The notes beneath the pieces are model-generated. The model had not been told where the DNA came from, made no database searches, and worked only from the letters and a program-made list of their open reading frames with translations. Positions 27,736 to 42,627 of a stretch of 64,000 bases of DNA are shown piece after piece. The position numbers were made by a program, and so were the translations under genes. Origin of the DNA: an uncultured Gemmatimonadales bacterium (GTDB taxonomy: Bacteria > Gemmatimonadota > Gemmatimonadetes > Palauibacterales > Palauibacteraceae); contig CAWANJ010000009.1 in NCBI GenBank assembly GCA_963783385.1, positions 480,001 to 544,000 on the forward strand. Reading direction: 5' to 3'. Each line of letters starts with the position of its first letter. Positions within the stretch are counted from its first letter, which is position 1.

Positions 27736-28059
27736 GTGACCGGACCATCCACCACCCTCGACCGACTTCACCAGCGCGTGCGGACTTTCGTGGACCTGGC
27801 CGCGCGCGTCGAGGCGGCGTTCGCCACGCCGGACGATGACGCCGGCCCGGCGGCCGAGCGGGTTCGGGAGGTGCGCCGACTGGCGAGCCGGCTCGGGTCG
27901 GAGAGCCGCGAGCTCCTGGACCGCCTGACGAAACTGTGCGGCCGCTCGCGCCTGCGCGTGATGCTCGGCCTCCTGGTGACGCGCGGGCGCCAGCGCCGCG
28001 TCGCGGAGCTGGCCCGCGAGGTGGCCGCCTCGCTGTCCGAGGCGACCGGGAGCGTCTGA
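27736..28059 (+). CDS. hypothetical protein
   Basis: GGAGG RBS, GTG start, helical, host-like codons. Confidence 0.6.
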   Translation: MTGPSTTLDRLHQRVRTFVDLAARVEAAFATPDDDAGPAAERVREVRRLASRLGSESRELLDRLTKLCGRSRLRVMLGLLVTRGRQRRVAELAREVAASLSEATGSV

Positions 28060-28168
28060 GCCGGCCGGGCGGGCCGCAAGAGAGGTGAGCATGGGACGCA
28101 TAGTGGACTTCCTGGGCATGACGGTGGGCGGATGGGTCGGGTGGGCGGTCGGCGACCGGCTGTCGCTG
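28005..28168 (+). repeat. 164-bp direct repeat, copy 1
   Basis: matches 29621-29784 with 2 A/G mismatches. Confidence 0.93.
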
Positions 28169-28232
28169 GCTCCGTCACGGCGGCACAAATGAACGAAGGA
28201 GCGTTGACTCACGGACGAGCTTGAGAGACGAA

Positions 28233-29501
28233 ATGCGCATCACTTATCTGCATCAATACTTCAATACGCACTCGATGGCGGGCGGCACACGGTCTTTCGA
28301 GATGGCGCGCAGACTCGCCGCTAAAGGTCACGATATTACGGTGATCACGGCCCGCCGCGAAGCAGACGGCGCGAAAGCTTGGGTTACGACCCAGGAGTCA
28401 GGCGTCGAAGTGCATTGGTGCGCAGTTCCCTACTCGAATCGGATGAGCTTCTCCCAACGCATGCGCGCGTTCATGCACTTTGCCTGGGCGAGTGCACATC
28501 GCGCCGCTTCGTTACCTGCCAATGTCGTCTTTGCGACGAGCACGCCCCTGACGATCGCCTTGCCCGGCATGTATGCGGCTCGTCGCCGCCATGTGCCAAT
28601 GGTGTTCGAAATCCGCGATCTTTGGCCCGACGTCCCGATCGCGATGGGCATCCTGCAGAACGGTCCCCTTTCCTGGGCTGCCCGTTTCCTGGAAGGGCGG
28701 GCGTATTCGCGCGCGGCCAAAGTCGTCGCGCTGACGCCGACAATGCGGGATTTCCTCTCGGGAAAGGGGGTGCCGCTCGAGAAGATTGCGGTCATTCCCA
28801 ACGGGGCCGATCTCGACCGGTTCGAGTCCGGTGTGTCCCGTGGACGGGAACCGGGGGAGCGCATCACGGCGGCCGATACAGACCCTCGCACTGTCCTTTA
28901 CTGTGGGAGCCTCGGACCAGCGCACGGGCCGGGTTATATCCTGCGCCTCGCCGAGGCGCTGCTGACATCGAGCCCGGACGTTCAGATACTGGTGGTCGGG
29001 GACGGCAGCCTGCGACACAGTCTGCAGAAGCAAGCCGACGCATCCGGCTGCCTTGGTCGAACCATCAAGTTTGTCGGTCAGGTGCCGGCGTCGGAGGTGC
29101 CGAAATATTATGCAAGCAGCCGAGCTTCGCTCATGACGATGGCCGACTGCGAATTGCTGTACCGTCACTCCGTTCAGAACAAGTTCTTCGACAGCCTCGC
29201 GGCAGGGAGGCCGGTGTTTTCGAACTATACGGGTTGGTCGAGCGAGGTCGCGGAGAGGCATGGCGCCGGCGAGGTTCTGCCGCGCGACGATCTGCCGGCT
29301 GCAGCGGCAGCGCTGAGCGCCAGGCTGCACGATCCCGCGTGGTTGCTGCGGGCGGGGAAGGCGGCTCGGCGGCTCGCAGAAGAAGCTTTCAGCTATGACT
29401 TGCTGGTAGACGAGCTGGAAGAGATACTGGAGTCGGCAGTTAGGGATAGGAATTTCAAGCGGCCTCCTGCCTCCGAGGCAGGCGCTTCGATGGCAGAGTA
29501 G
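28233..29501 (+). CDS. glycosyltransferase family 4 (WbuB-like), foreign composition
   Basis: MRITYLHQYF...GGTRSFEMAR, ATSTPL, VFEIRDLWP, VIPNG, NKFFDSLAAG.PV; more AT-ending codons than the host. Confidence 0.92.
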   Translation: MRITYLHQYFNTHSMAGGTRSFEMARRLAAKGHDITVITARREADGAKAWVTTQESGVEVHWCAVPYSNRMSFSQRMRAFMHFAWASAHRAASLPANVVFATSTPLTIALPGMYAARRRHVPMVFEIRDLWPDVPIAMGILQNGPLSWAARFLEGRAYSRAAKVVALTPTMRDFLSGKGVPLEKIAVIPNGADLDRFESGVSRGREPGERITAADTDPRTVLYCGSLGPAHGPGYILRLAEALLTSSPDVQILVVGDGSLRHSLQKQADASGCLGRTIKFVGQVPASEVPKYYASSRASLMTMADCELLYRHSVQNKFFDSLAAGRPVFSNYTGWSSEVAERHGAGEVLPRDDLPAAAAALSARLHDPAWLLRAGKAARRLAEEAFSYDLLVDELEEILESAVRDRNFKRPPASEAGASMAE

Positions 29502-29620
29502 AAGGGCGTGGTCCGCTCCGGCTCGGTGGCGTTCTTCTGGACGGACTGCGCCGGTATCAACCCGCTCGACGAAGCCGACTCGTACTTGACGATTCACTAG
29601 CGGCCTAGGGGTGCTTCGGA

Positions 29621-29784
29621 GGAGCTGGCCCGCGAGGTGGCCGCCTCGCTGTCCGAGGCGACCGGGAGCGTCTGAGCCGGCCGGGCGGGCCGCAAGAGAG
29701 GTGAGCATGGGACGCATGGTGGACTTCCTGGGCGTGACGGTGGGCGGATGGGTCGGGTGGGCGGTCGGCGACCGGCTGTCGCTG
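29621..29784 (+). repeat. 164-bp direct repeat, copy 2
   Basis: matches 28005-28168. Confidence 0.93.
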
Positions 29785-29864
29785 TTCACGGCCATCCTCC
29801 TCTCCATCGTGGGCACGGGCGTCGGGCTGTACGTGGCCGGCGCTGGCTGGGCGACTACTTCTGA
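29707..29864 (+). CDS. small 2-TM membrane protein (apparent 1-nt deletion near the 3' end); truncated copy at 28091
   Basis: MGRMVDFLGVTVGGWVGW...GTGVGLYVA / RRWLGDYF*; GAGGTG RBS. Confidence 0.6.
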
Positions 29865-29957
29865 GCGGCGTCCGGGCGACTTCGGCGGTGAGCCGTCGAC
29901 GCGGCCCGCGGCATCGGCCCCGGGAACGGGCCCCCCGGCCCTGCGGACCGTAGCGCG

Positions 29958-31341
29958 GTGAAGATCACCTTCCTGGGCGCGGCGGGAACGGTCACCGGAT
30001 CGCGACACCTGGTCGAGACGGAGCGGCGCCGGGTACTGGTGGACTGCGGTCTCTTCCAGGGAATCAAGGTCCTCCGGCGCCGGAACCGGACTCCTCTCCC
30101 CGTGGAGCCGGCTTCCCTGGACGCCGTACTCCTGACCCACGCGCACATCGACCACAGTGGCTACCTCCCGGCCCTGGTCCGGGATGGCTTCCAGGGGCCG
30201 ATCTACGCTTCCCCACCGACCATCGACCTGTGCGGCATCCTCCTCCCCGACGCCGGGCGGCTTCAGGAGGAGGATGCGGGTTACGCCAACCGGAAGGGCT
30301 TCAGCCGGCACCGGCCGGCCCTCCCCCTGTACACCGAGGAGGACGCCGAGCGCGTGCTCCCGAGATTCGAGGGCCTGGACCTCGAGAGCCCCATCGACCT
30401 GGACGGGTTTCGCGTCGAAGCCCGGGGGGCCGGGCACATCCTGGGGGCGTGCAGCTACCGGCTGGAGGCCGGCGGGGCGAGCGCGCTGTTCTCCGGGGAC
30501 CTCGGACGCAGCACGGATCCGATCATGCCTCCCCCATCCCCCCCGCTGGCGGCGGACCGGTTCGTGATGGAGTCGACGTACGGCGACCGGCTGCACGACG
30601 GCGGCGACCCCGTGGCGGCCGTGGGCGAAGTCCTGCTCCGTACCGCGGAGCGCGGCGGTACGCTGCTCATCCCCGCCTTCGCGGTCGGCCGCTCGCAGCT
30701 TCTCCTGTTCTGCGTGGTGGAGGCCTTCAGGAGAGGACTGGCGCCGCGTGTGCCCGTGTACATGAACAGCCCGATGGCCACGAACGTCTCGGAGCTATAC
30801 GTGCGTCACGCGGCGTGGCATCGCCTGAGCCGGCGGCAGGTGGTCGAGATGTTCCGGGAGGTGACGTTCGTGCGGGAGGTCGAGGACTCCAAGGCCCTGG
30901 TACGCAGACACGGTCCCATGGTGGTGATCTCGGCGAGTGGGATGCTCACCGGAGGACGGGTGCTACACCATTCTCAAGGTCGTCGGACCCGACCCCGCCA
31001 GTACGATCCTCCTCGTAGGCTACCAGGCGGTAGGAACCCGCGGAGCGGCCATCGAGGCGGGTGCCGAGTCGGTCAAGGTCCACGGAGAATACGTCCCCAT
31101 CCGTTGCGAGGTCGTGTCGCTGGGAATGTTCTCCGCACACGCGGACCGGGACGAGCTCATGGCGTGGCTGGCCGGCGCGCCCGAGCCACCGGCGGAAGTG
31201 TGCCTGGTCCACGGAGAGCCGGCTTCATCCGATGCGCTCCGTCTCCGCATCGAGGAGCGACTCGGGTGGCCGGCGCGCCCGGTGGAGCAGGGTGAGACGG
31301 TCGTGGTCGACCGCTCCAGGCCGTCCGGCGAAGGGGCTTGA
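29958..31341 (+). CDS. MBL-fold beta-CASP RNA-processing hydrolase, apparent frameshift at ~30972
   Basis: GAAGTVTGS, THAHIDHSG, GHILG, MESTYG, ISASGMLTGGRVLHH / LK...GYQAVGTRG, FSAHAD, LVHGE. Confidence 0.9.
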
Positions 31342-31366
31342 CTGGCGAGGATCAAGCCTCTATTTT
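31338..31366 (+). promoter_or_regulatory. rRNA promoter P1
   Basis: TTGACT-17bp-TATTTT. Confidence 0.55.
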
Positions 31367-31430
31367 ACGCGGCTGTTGCAGATACCGCCCTTCACGGGAC
31401 CGGAGCTGCGGCGCCCGCCCGGCCACCGAA

Positions 31431-31459
31431 TTGACAGAGGCCACGCGGGGCGCTATAGT
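31431..31459 (+). promoter_or_regulatory. rRNA promoter P2
   Basis: TTGACA-17bp-TATAGT. Confidence 0.8.
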
Positions 31460-31495
31460 TAGGATCCCTCGCGCGACGGGTTTCCTTCGCGCGAG

Positions 31496-31509
31496 CGTTA
31501 TTTGACAAG
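31496..31509 (+). promoter_or_regulatory. boxA-like antitermination site (second copy at ~33347-33359)
   Basis: CGTTATTTGACAAG in the leader; CGCTTTTTGACAA in the ITS. Confidence 0.6.
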
Positions 31510-31691
31510 GAAGACGTGAGTGGCGTGTGGGACCTCTTAACGGGACGCGGGCACCACTTCCCGTGTCCCCATGAGGAATCAAAGTGGATGTATTCCGAAC
31601 GCGCCCCGGGCCTCGCGGTCCGGGACCATGCGTTCACCAGGATGAAGCGGCTCGTGCCGGTCTGACCGACGCGGACGCTCCAGACTTCTCA

Positions 31692-33256
<1,565 letters not shown>

Positions 33257-33480
33257 GGGAGCAGTTTTTCCCTGCCAACCCGCACGCCACGCACGTTTTC
33301 TTTTATAGATCGAGTGACCTCCGTCCGCTCCGGCGGGTCGGAGGCCGCTTTTTGACAACGAGGCAGGGAAGGGAAGCGAGTCGAGCCGGGCGGGGCTTTT
33401 CCGTCTACGGGTTTTGGATCTGTAGGGGGCGAAGCGTCCGGCACGAGAGCGTCGAGGTTGAGAGTAGAGATAGGAGTAAG

Positions 33481-36538
<3,058 letters not shown>

Positions 36539-36669
36539 CCCTCATCCCCACACTGCTCCGTGCCGGAGCCCCCGCGCTCGGCCCGCTTCCCCTTTCCCCT
36601 GCCTCGCCCTTCGATCCGCGAGGACGCCGCGACCCGCTCCACCGGGGCCGCACGCCCTCGCCCGGACGA

Positions 36670-36789
36670 AGGTCGGTGGCACGAGCGAGGGGGCCACACC
36701 TGGTCCCATCCCGAACCCAGTCGTTAAGCCCCTCAGCGCCGATGGTACTCGGGCGGAGACGCCCCGGGAGAGTAGGTCGCCGCCGGCCT
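36670..36789 (+). rRNA. rrf: 5S rRNA
   Basis: CCCATCCCGAAC, GCGCCGATGGTACT, GAGAGTAGGTCGCCGCC. Confidence 0.96.
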
Positions 36790-36991
36790 CACCTGCGCCC
36801 ACGCCCCGCACTTCCCCCACGGGAAGCCGCGGGGCGTCCGCACGTCTATACCCCCCGCTCGCCTTCCGCCCCGCCCCACGCTTCGGGCCGTCGTCGGAGA
36901 TGGACGGGGACCGGACCGAGGTTTGTCCGCGGCGCACGCGGTGCTAGCTTGGCGCCGGAACGCACACCGCCACGGAGGGAGCCGGACGCGC

Positions 36992-38101
36992 ATGGTCTCG
37001 AGCCCCGAAGCCTCGCAGGGCAGCCAGAGGGATCCTGTGGAACGTCGCCGCATCAAGAAGCGCGGTGTCGTTCTCGCCACGGGAGGGCTCCTGCTCGCGC
37101 TCGGGCTGGTGCTCGGACTCCGGAGCGTGGGCCTCCTGGCCATGGACCTCGGCGCGTGGACCACGGCTCTCCTCGTCACGCTGGGCGCCCAGGCCATCCT
37201 CTGGCTCCTCCCCAGCCTGGACCTCGACGAGCGTCTCACCGGCGACCGCCGGTATCTCTTCCTGCCCATGTTGACCGCGGCCGGACTGCTCTGCCTGTAC
37301 ATCTACATCGCTCCGGGAGCGCGCTATCTCTTGCTGATGGCCTGGTTCGTGGCCCTCCTGTTCATGGCCGGGCTGGCGGGACTGGTCGAGGTCGTCGTGC
37401 TCTCGGCGGGAATGACCGTGGGCTATCTGGGAGCCCTGGGCCTCCGGGAGCTCACACACGCCGGGCTGCGTCTGTCCTTCGCGCAGGAGACGCTGCGCGC
37501 CGGGGTCTTTCTCGCCATCAACGTCTACGCGGGTGTCGTGTTCCAGCGGCTCCGCCGGGAACGACGGGAACGGGGTGATCTGCGCCGGCGCCTGACCGAG
37601 CTGGCACTTACCGATCCTCTGACGGGATTGCGCAACCGACGCTATTTCGAGGACTTCCTCCGCTCGGAGCTGGCCCGGATCGATCGCTACGGAGGCGTCT
37701 GTTCGGTGGCCATACTCGACGTGGACCACTTCAAGAACTACAACGACACCCTGGGCCATCTGGCCGGCGACGCGGTCCTGAGACAGCTGGCCGGGGTCTT
37801 GCGCGAGGAGATGCGGGTCAGCGACGTGGTCTCCCGGATCGGCGGCGAGGAGTTCGGGTTGATCCTGGTGAACACGGACCGTGCGGAGGCCAGGGCGGTG
37901 ATCGAACGCCTCCACGGTCGGATCCACGCTCACCCGTTTCCCCGGGAGGACGTGCAGCCCGGCCGACAGCTCACGGTGAGCACGGGCATCGCGTCCTGTC
38001 CCGCCGACGGTACGGACTACGAGGAGCTGGTCGGGCGTGCCGACCAGGCGCTGTACGCCGCCAAGCAAGCTGGCCGGAACCGGATCCATGTCGCCGCCTG
38101 A
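36992..38101 (+). CDS. membrane-bound diguanylate cyclase
   Basis: N-terminal TM helices; TDPLTGLRNRR, DVDHFK.YND..GH..GD, RIGGEEF; start uncertain. Confidence 0.92.
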   Translation: MVSSPEASQGSQRDPVERRRIKKRGVVLATGGLLLALGLVLGLRSVGLLAMDLGAWTTALLVTLGAQAILWLLPSLDLDERLTGDRRYLFLPMLTAAGLLCLYIYIAPGARYLLLMAWFVALLFMAGLAGLVEVVVLSAGMTVGYLGALGLRELTHAGLRLSFAQETLRAGVFLAINVYAGVVFQRLRRERRERGDLRRRLTELALTDPLTGLRNRRYFEDFLRSELARIDRYGGVCSVAILDVDHFKNYNDTLGHLAGDAVLRQLAGVLREEMRVSDVVSRIGGEEFGLILVNTDRAEARAVIERLHGRIHAHPFPREDVQPGRQLTVSTGIASCPADGTDYEELVGRADQALYAAKQAGRNRIHVAA

Positions 38102-39038
38102 GGGCCGCGAGAACGCCTCCGCGGCGGATGGTGCCGCGCGAGGGACCGGGTTCCGCGCCGGCTTCGTGGCGCTCCTCGGCCTGCCCAACGTGGGCAAGTC
38201 CACCATCCTGAACGCCCTGGTCGGTCGCAAGCTCAGCATCGTGACGCCCAAGGCGCAGACGACGCGGCGGCGGGTGAGCGCCATTCTCACCGATGGGGAG
38301 CACCAGGCCGTGTTCCTCGACACGCCGGGACTCATGGAGCCGCGCTACGCCCTGCACCAGGCCATGCGCGACGATGCCGAACGGGCGGGCCGCGATGCGG
38401 ATGTCGTCCTGTGGGTGGTCGACGCCGGCTTCGAGTCGAGCGTGGAGGACGCCCTGCGACGGGGACCGCCCGACGGCCCGGCCTCCGTATTGTGCCTCAA
38501 CAAGGTGGACCGGGTGGGTCCCGAGGAGTCGGAGGCACGGGCCGAACGGTTGCGACAGGCCGGTTGGGACCCGGTGCTGACCACGACGGCGACCGAGGGT
38601 GCCGGCATCGAGGCGCTCCGCACGGCGCTCCTCGGCCGGCTTCCGCTCTCGCCGCCGCTGTATCCGGTGGACGAGGTTTCCGCCGAGCCGGTGCGGTTCT
38701 TCGTGGAGGAGCTGATCAGGGAGACCTGCTTCGAGACGCTCGACGAGGAGGTTCCGTACGGGACCGAGGTCCGCGTGCGGGAGTTCCGCGAGGACGACGA
38801 CCCCCTGTACATTGGGGTCGACCTCCTCGTGGAACGAGAGTCGCAGAAGGGAATCGTGATTGGCCGGGGCGGCCGCACGATCCGGGCTATCGGCACCGAC
38901 TCCCGGCGGAAGGTCGAGGCGTTCCTGCAGCGGCACGTGTACCTGGACCTCAGGGTCAAGGTGCTGCCGCACTGGAGCCGCCAGGAGCACAAGCTGGCGA
39001 GGCTCGGGTACGGACCGCCGCGCAGCGGAAGGAACTGA
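38088..39038 (+). CDS. era: GTPase Era
   Basis: GLPNVGKSTILN, KAQTTR, DTPG, NKVD, EEVPY, KH domain SQKGIVIG. Confidence 0.96.
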   Translation: MSPPEGRENASAADGAARGTGFRAGFVALLGLPNVGKSTILNALVGRKLSIVTPKAQTTRRRVSAILTDGEHQAVFLDTPGLMEPRYALHQAMRDDAERAGRDADVVLWVVDAGFESSVEDALRRGPPDGPASVLCLNKVDRVGPEESEARAERLRQAGWDPVLTTTATEGAGIEALRTALLGRLPLSPPLYPVDEVSAEPVRFFVEELIRETCFETLDEEVPYGTEVRVREFREDDDPLYIGVDLLVERESQKGIVIGRGGRTIRAIGTDSRRKVEAFLQRHVYLDLRVKVLPHWSRQEHKLARLGYGPPRSGRN

Positions 39039-39065
39039 CCCGGAGACCGGGAAGGAGAGCGACCG

Positions 39066-39239
39066 ATGCCGCTGGACGACGAGCTGCTGGAGATCCTGGT
39101 GTGTCCGAAGTGCAAGGGCGACCTGGAATACAGGAAGGAAGGGGAGAAGGAGGCGCTGCTGTGTCACGCCTGCCATCTCCGATACGCCATCGAGGACGAC
39201 ATTCCGATCATGCTGGTCGACGAGGCCGAGTCGTTCTGA
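39066..39239 (+). CDS. Trm112 family protein
   Basis: LLEILVCPKCKGDL...C..C...Y.IEDDIPIMLVDEA. Confidence 0.92.
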   Translation: MPLDDELLEILVCPKCKGDLEYRKEGEKEALLCHACHLRYAIEDDIPIMLVDEAESF

Positions 39240-39300
39240 CGCTCGTCGCGCCGTACCATCGAACCCGACCCACCGCCAAGCTTCCCGAGAAGGGGCATCC

Positions 39301-41415
39301 GTGACCGAATCCAAGCTCGAGACCCGCATCCTGGAACATCTCCGGGAGGAATCGTCCCACCCCCTCAAGGCCAAGGAGCTGGCGCGGGAGCTGGGCATCG
39401 GTTCCGACGGCTACGAGGAATTCCGCGATACGATCAGGAACCTGGAGGAGCGGGGCCTCGTCTATCGGCAGCGCAAGGGCCGGTACGCGGTCCCCGAGAA
39501 GATCAACCTCGTGATCGGCCGGCTGCAGATCACGCGCGGAGGGGACGGCTTCGTCCTGGTCGAAAAGGAGGGCGAGGAGGACGTCTTCATACCGGAGCGC
39601 CACCTCGGCTCGGCGGTCGAAGGCGACGTGGTGGTGGCCCGGATCGAGAGCCGACCGGCCCACAGGAATCCGCGCGGCCGCATCCTGCGGGTCCACGAGC
39701 GCGCCTGGAAGCAGATCGTGGGCACCTACCGTTCGAAGAAGAACTACGGATTCGTCGGCGTCCGCGAGCCCGATCTGCGCAAAGACGTGTTCGTGCCGCC
39801 CGACATGCAGGGCGAAGCGGGCGACGGCGACGTGGTGGTCGTGGCCATCGACGACTGGGGCGACGAGGAGCCGAGCCCGGTGGGCCACGTCGTGCGCGTG
39901 CTCGGGGCGCCGGATTCGCCGGGCGTCGACATCCTGGCCATCATCCACGGCCACCAGCTCCCGCTCGACTTCCCGCCCGAGGTCCAGCTGGAGGCGGAGG
40001 ACATCGCCGCGCGCGGGCTGGGCGAGAAGGACCTCGAGGCGCGTGAGGACCTGCGCGACGTGCTCACCTTCACGATCGATCCCCCCGACGCCCGTGACCA
40101 CGACGATGCCCTCTCGGTCCGCCTGCTCGAGGACGACCTGCTCGAGGTCGGCGTGCACATCGCGGACGTCGCGCACTACGTGCGCCCGGGCACCGTCCTC
40201 GACGAGGAGGCCCTGGAGCGAGGCACGAGCGTCTACCTGGTGGATCGGGTCGTGCCGATGTTGCCCCACGACCTCTCGAGCGACCTGTGCTCGCTGGTAC
40301 CCGGAGAGGACCGGCTAGCCGTCTCCCTCCTGTTCACCCTGCGCAAGCCCGCCCGGGTCAGCGGAGCGCGGCTGGTTCGCAGCGTGATCCGCAGCGACCA
40401 TCGCCTGGCCTACGACGAGGCGCAGGCGATCATGGATGGGGATCGCACGGACGACGAGGAGCTCACCCAGGCGCTCGACTGGCTTCGATCCGTGAGCCGC
40501 TCCCTCCGCCGGGCACGCTCGGACCGGGGCAGCATCGACTTCGACCTCCCCGAGTCGCGCGTCGTCCTCAATGCGGCTGGAGAGCCCACGGACATCGAGC
40601 GCGTACTGCGTCTCGAGGCCCACCGGCTGATCGAGGACTTCATGATCCTCGCGAACGAGACCGTCGCCGAGCTCGCGCTGCGCGAGGAGGTGCCCGTCCT
40701 GTTCCGCGTGCACGAGTCCCCGGACGAGGAGAAGATGAACCGGCTCCGGGAGCTCGCCTCGACCTTCGGCTTCCACCTTCCGGCCCGGCCCGTCGAGCCG
40801 CGAGACCTGGCCCGCCTGGTCGACGCCATGGAGGGGACCCCCCAGGAGCAGCTCATCTCGACGGCCACCCTCAGGAGCATGAAGCAGGCGCGCTACGCGC
40901 CCGAGAACCTGGGCCACTTCGGGCTGGCCTCCCGGGCGTATGCTCACTTCACCTCGCCGATCCGCCGCTATCCGGACCTCATCGTGCACCGGCAGCTGGG
41001 ACGCTGGCTGCAGGACCCCGCCAGCGCCCGGAAGCTAGAGCTCGACCGGCTCTCGGAGATCGCCCGCCACTGCTCGGAGCGAGAGCGCCGTGCGGTGGAG
41101 GCCGAGCGCGACTCCGTGGACCTCAAGAAGATCGAGTTCATGGAGCGGCACCTCGGAGGGGAGTTCGAGGGTACGATCAGCGGCGTGACGGCGTTCGGCC
41201 TGTTCGTGCTCCTCGACGAGTTCCACGTGGATGGCCTCGTGCACGTGTCGACCCTCGAAGACGACTACTACGTGTACGTAGAGGAGCAGCATGCCCTGCT
41301 CGGACAGCGACGTCGACGCAGATTTCAGCTCGGGGACCGGGTGCGGGTCCAGGTGGCCCGGGTGGACCGGGAGGCCCGACACATCGACTTCGAGCTGCTC
41401 GGCACCGAGGGTTGA
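39301..41415 (+). CDS. rnr: ribonuclease R
   Basis: FTIDPPDARDHDDA, HIADV, HFTSPIRRYPDL, C-terminal S1 domain. Confidence 0.96.
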   Translation: MTESKLETRILEHLREESSHPLKAKELARELGIGSDGYEEFRDTIRNLEERGLVYRQRKGRYAVPEKINLVIGRLQITRGGDGFVLVEKEGEEDVFIPERHLGSAVEGDVVVARIESRPAHRNPRGRILRVHERAWKQIVGTYRSKKNYGFVGVREPDLRKDVFVPPDMQGEAGDGDVVVVAIDDWGDEEPSPVGHVVRVLGAPDSPGVDILAIIHGHQLPLDFPPEVQLEAEDIAARGLGEKDLEAREDLRDVLTFTIDPPDARDHDDALSVRLLEDDLLEVGVHIADVAHYVRPGTVLDEEALERGTSVYLVDRVVPMLPHDLSSDLCSLVPGEDRLAVSLLFTLRKPARVSGARLVRSVIRSDHRLAYDEAQAIMDGDRTDDEELTQALDWLRSVSRSLRRARSDRGSIDFDLPESRVVLNAAGEPTDIERVLRLEAHRLIEDFMILANETVAELALREEVPVLFRVHESPDEEKMNRLRELASTFGFHLPARPVEPRDLARLVDAMEGTPQEQLISTATLRSMKQARYAPENLGHFGLASRAYAHFTSPIRRYPDLIVHRQLGRWLQDPASARKLELDRLSEIARHCSERERRAVEAERDSVDLKKIEFMERHLGGEFEGTISGVTAFGLFVLLDEFHVDGLVHVSTLEDDYYVYVEEQHALLGQRRRRRFQLGDRVRVQVARVDREARHIDFELLGTEG

Positions 41416-41446
41416 CCGTCACCGGAGCCGGGCCTAGACTCGCCGG

Positions 41447-41479
41447 GCGACGGGGCCCCCACCTCGGGGGCCCCGTCGC
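41447..41479. terminator. 14-bp GC hairpin between rnr and prfB
   Basis: GCGACGGGGCCCCC-ACCTC-GGGGGCCCCGTCGC. Confidence 0.55.
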
Positions 41480-41513
41480 GTCGTACCGTACTTCAGGATG
41501 GGACATGTGAGCG

Positions 41514-42627
41514 ATGGCGAACGTTACGGTCCAGCACGACAAGCTCGCGGAGCAGCGCAGGCGGCTCGACGAGCTACGGGGGTACCTTTGACATCCCGGC
41601 CAAGCTGAAGGAGGTCCGGGAGCTGCAGGAGCGCATGGCGCAGCCCGGCTTCTGGGACAACCCCGAGCACGCGCGCGAGATCATCGAGCGCTCCCAGGAT
41701 CTCAAGGAGTGGACGGAGCCCTGGACGGAGCTCTCGGAGCGCGTGGACGACCTCCTGGAGCTCGCCGCCCTGCTCGAGGAGGAGCCCGACGAGGAGCTCG
41801 CCGCCGAGCTCGACGCCGCGGCGGAGGGCACCGCGCGTGGTCTCGGCCGTCTCGAATTCCGCAACATGCTGCGCGACCCCGACGCCAAGCGGGACGCGCT
41901 CCTCACCATCCACCCGGGCGCGGGCGGCACCGAGTCCCAGGACTGGGCGGAGATGCTGCTGCGCATGTACTCGCGGTGGGCCGAAGGGAAGGGGTTCGAG
42001 CTGGAGGTGGTCGACCTGCTGCCCGGGGACGAGGCCGGGATCAAGTCCGCCACGCTCGAGATCAAGGGCGACTACGCATACGGCTACCTGATGGCCGAAC
42101 GGGGCGTGCACCGGCTCGTCCGGATCTCTCCGTTCGACGCCGCCAGCCGCCGCCATACCTCCTTTGCCTCGGTGTTCGTGTACCCGGTCGTCGAGGACGA
42201 CATCGAGGTCGAGATCGACGAAGAGGACCTGCGGATCGACACCTATCGGGCGTCGGGGGCGGGAGGGCAGCACGTCAACAAGACGAGCTCGGCCGTCCGC
42301 ATCACCCACCTGCCCACGGGGATCGTCGTCTCGTGCCAGCAGGAGCGAAGCCAGCACAAGAACAAGTCGCAGGCCATGAAGATGCTGCGGGCGGCCCTCT
42401 ACCAGCGGGCCGTCGAGGAGCGGGAGGCGGAGCGCCAGGAGCTCGAGGACACCAAGAAGGAGATCGCCTGGGGCCACCAGATCCGCTCCTACACGCTACA
42501 GCCCTACACGATGGTGAAGGACCACCGCACCGACATCGAGACGGGCAACGCGCAGGCCGTGCTGGACGGGGACCTGGACCCGTTCATCGAGGGCTACCTG
42601 AGGCAGCAGGGAGCCGAGCCCCGGTGA
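41514..42627 (+). CDS. prfB: peptide chain release factor 2 with programmed +1 frameshift at CTT-TGA-C (41586-41592)
   Basis: GGGGG-TAC-CTT-TGA-C slippery site; SPF and GGQ motifs. Confidence 0.97.

Noticed and set aside
28005-29784. DGR template/variable repeat pair (both mismatches are A versus G)
   Set aside because: no reverse transcriptase in the window, only two transition differences, and the repeat spans an intergenic region rather than a target C-terminus
41586-41592. prfB in-frame stop as a pseudogene or novelty
   Set aside because: well-known programmed +1 autoregulatory frameshift
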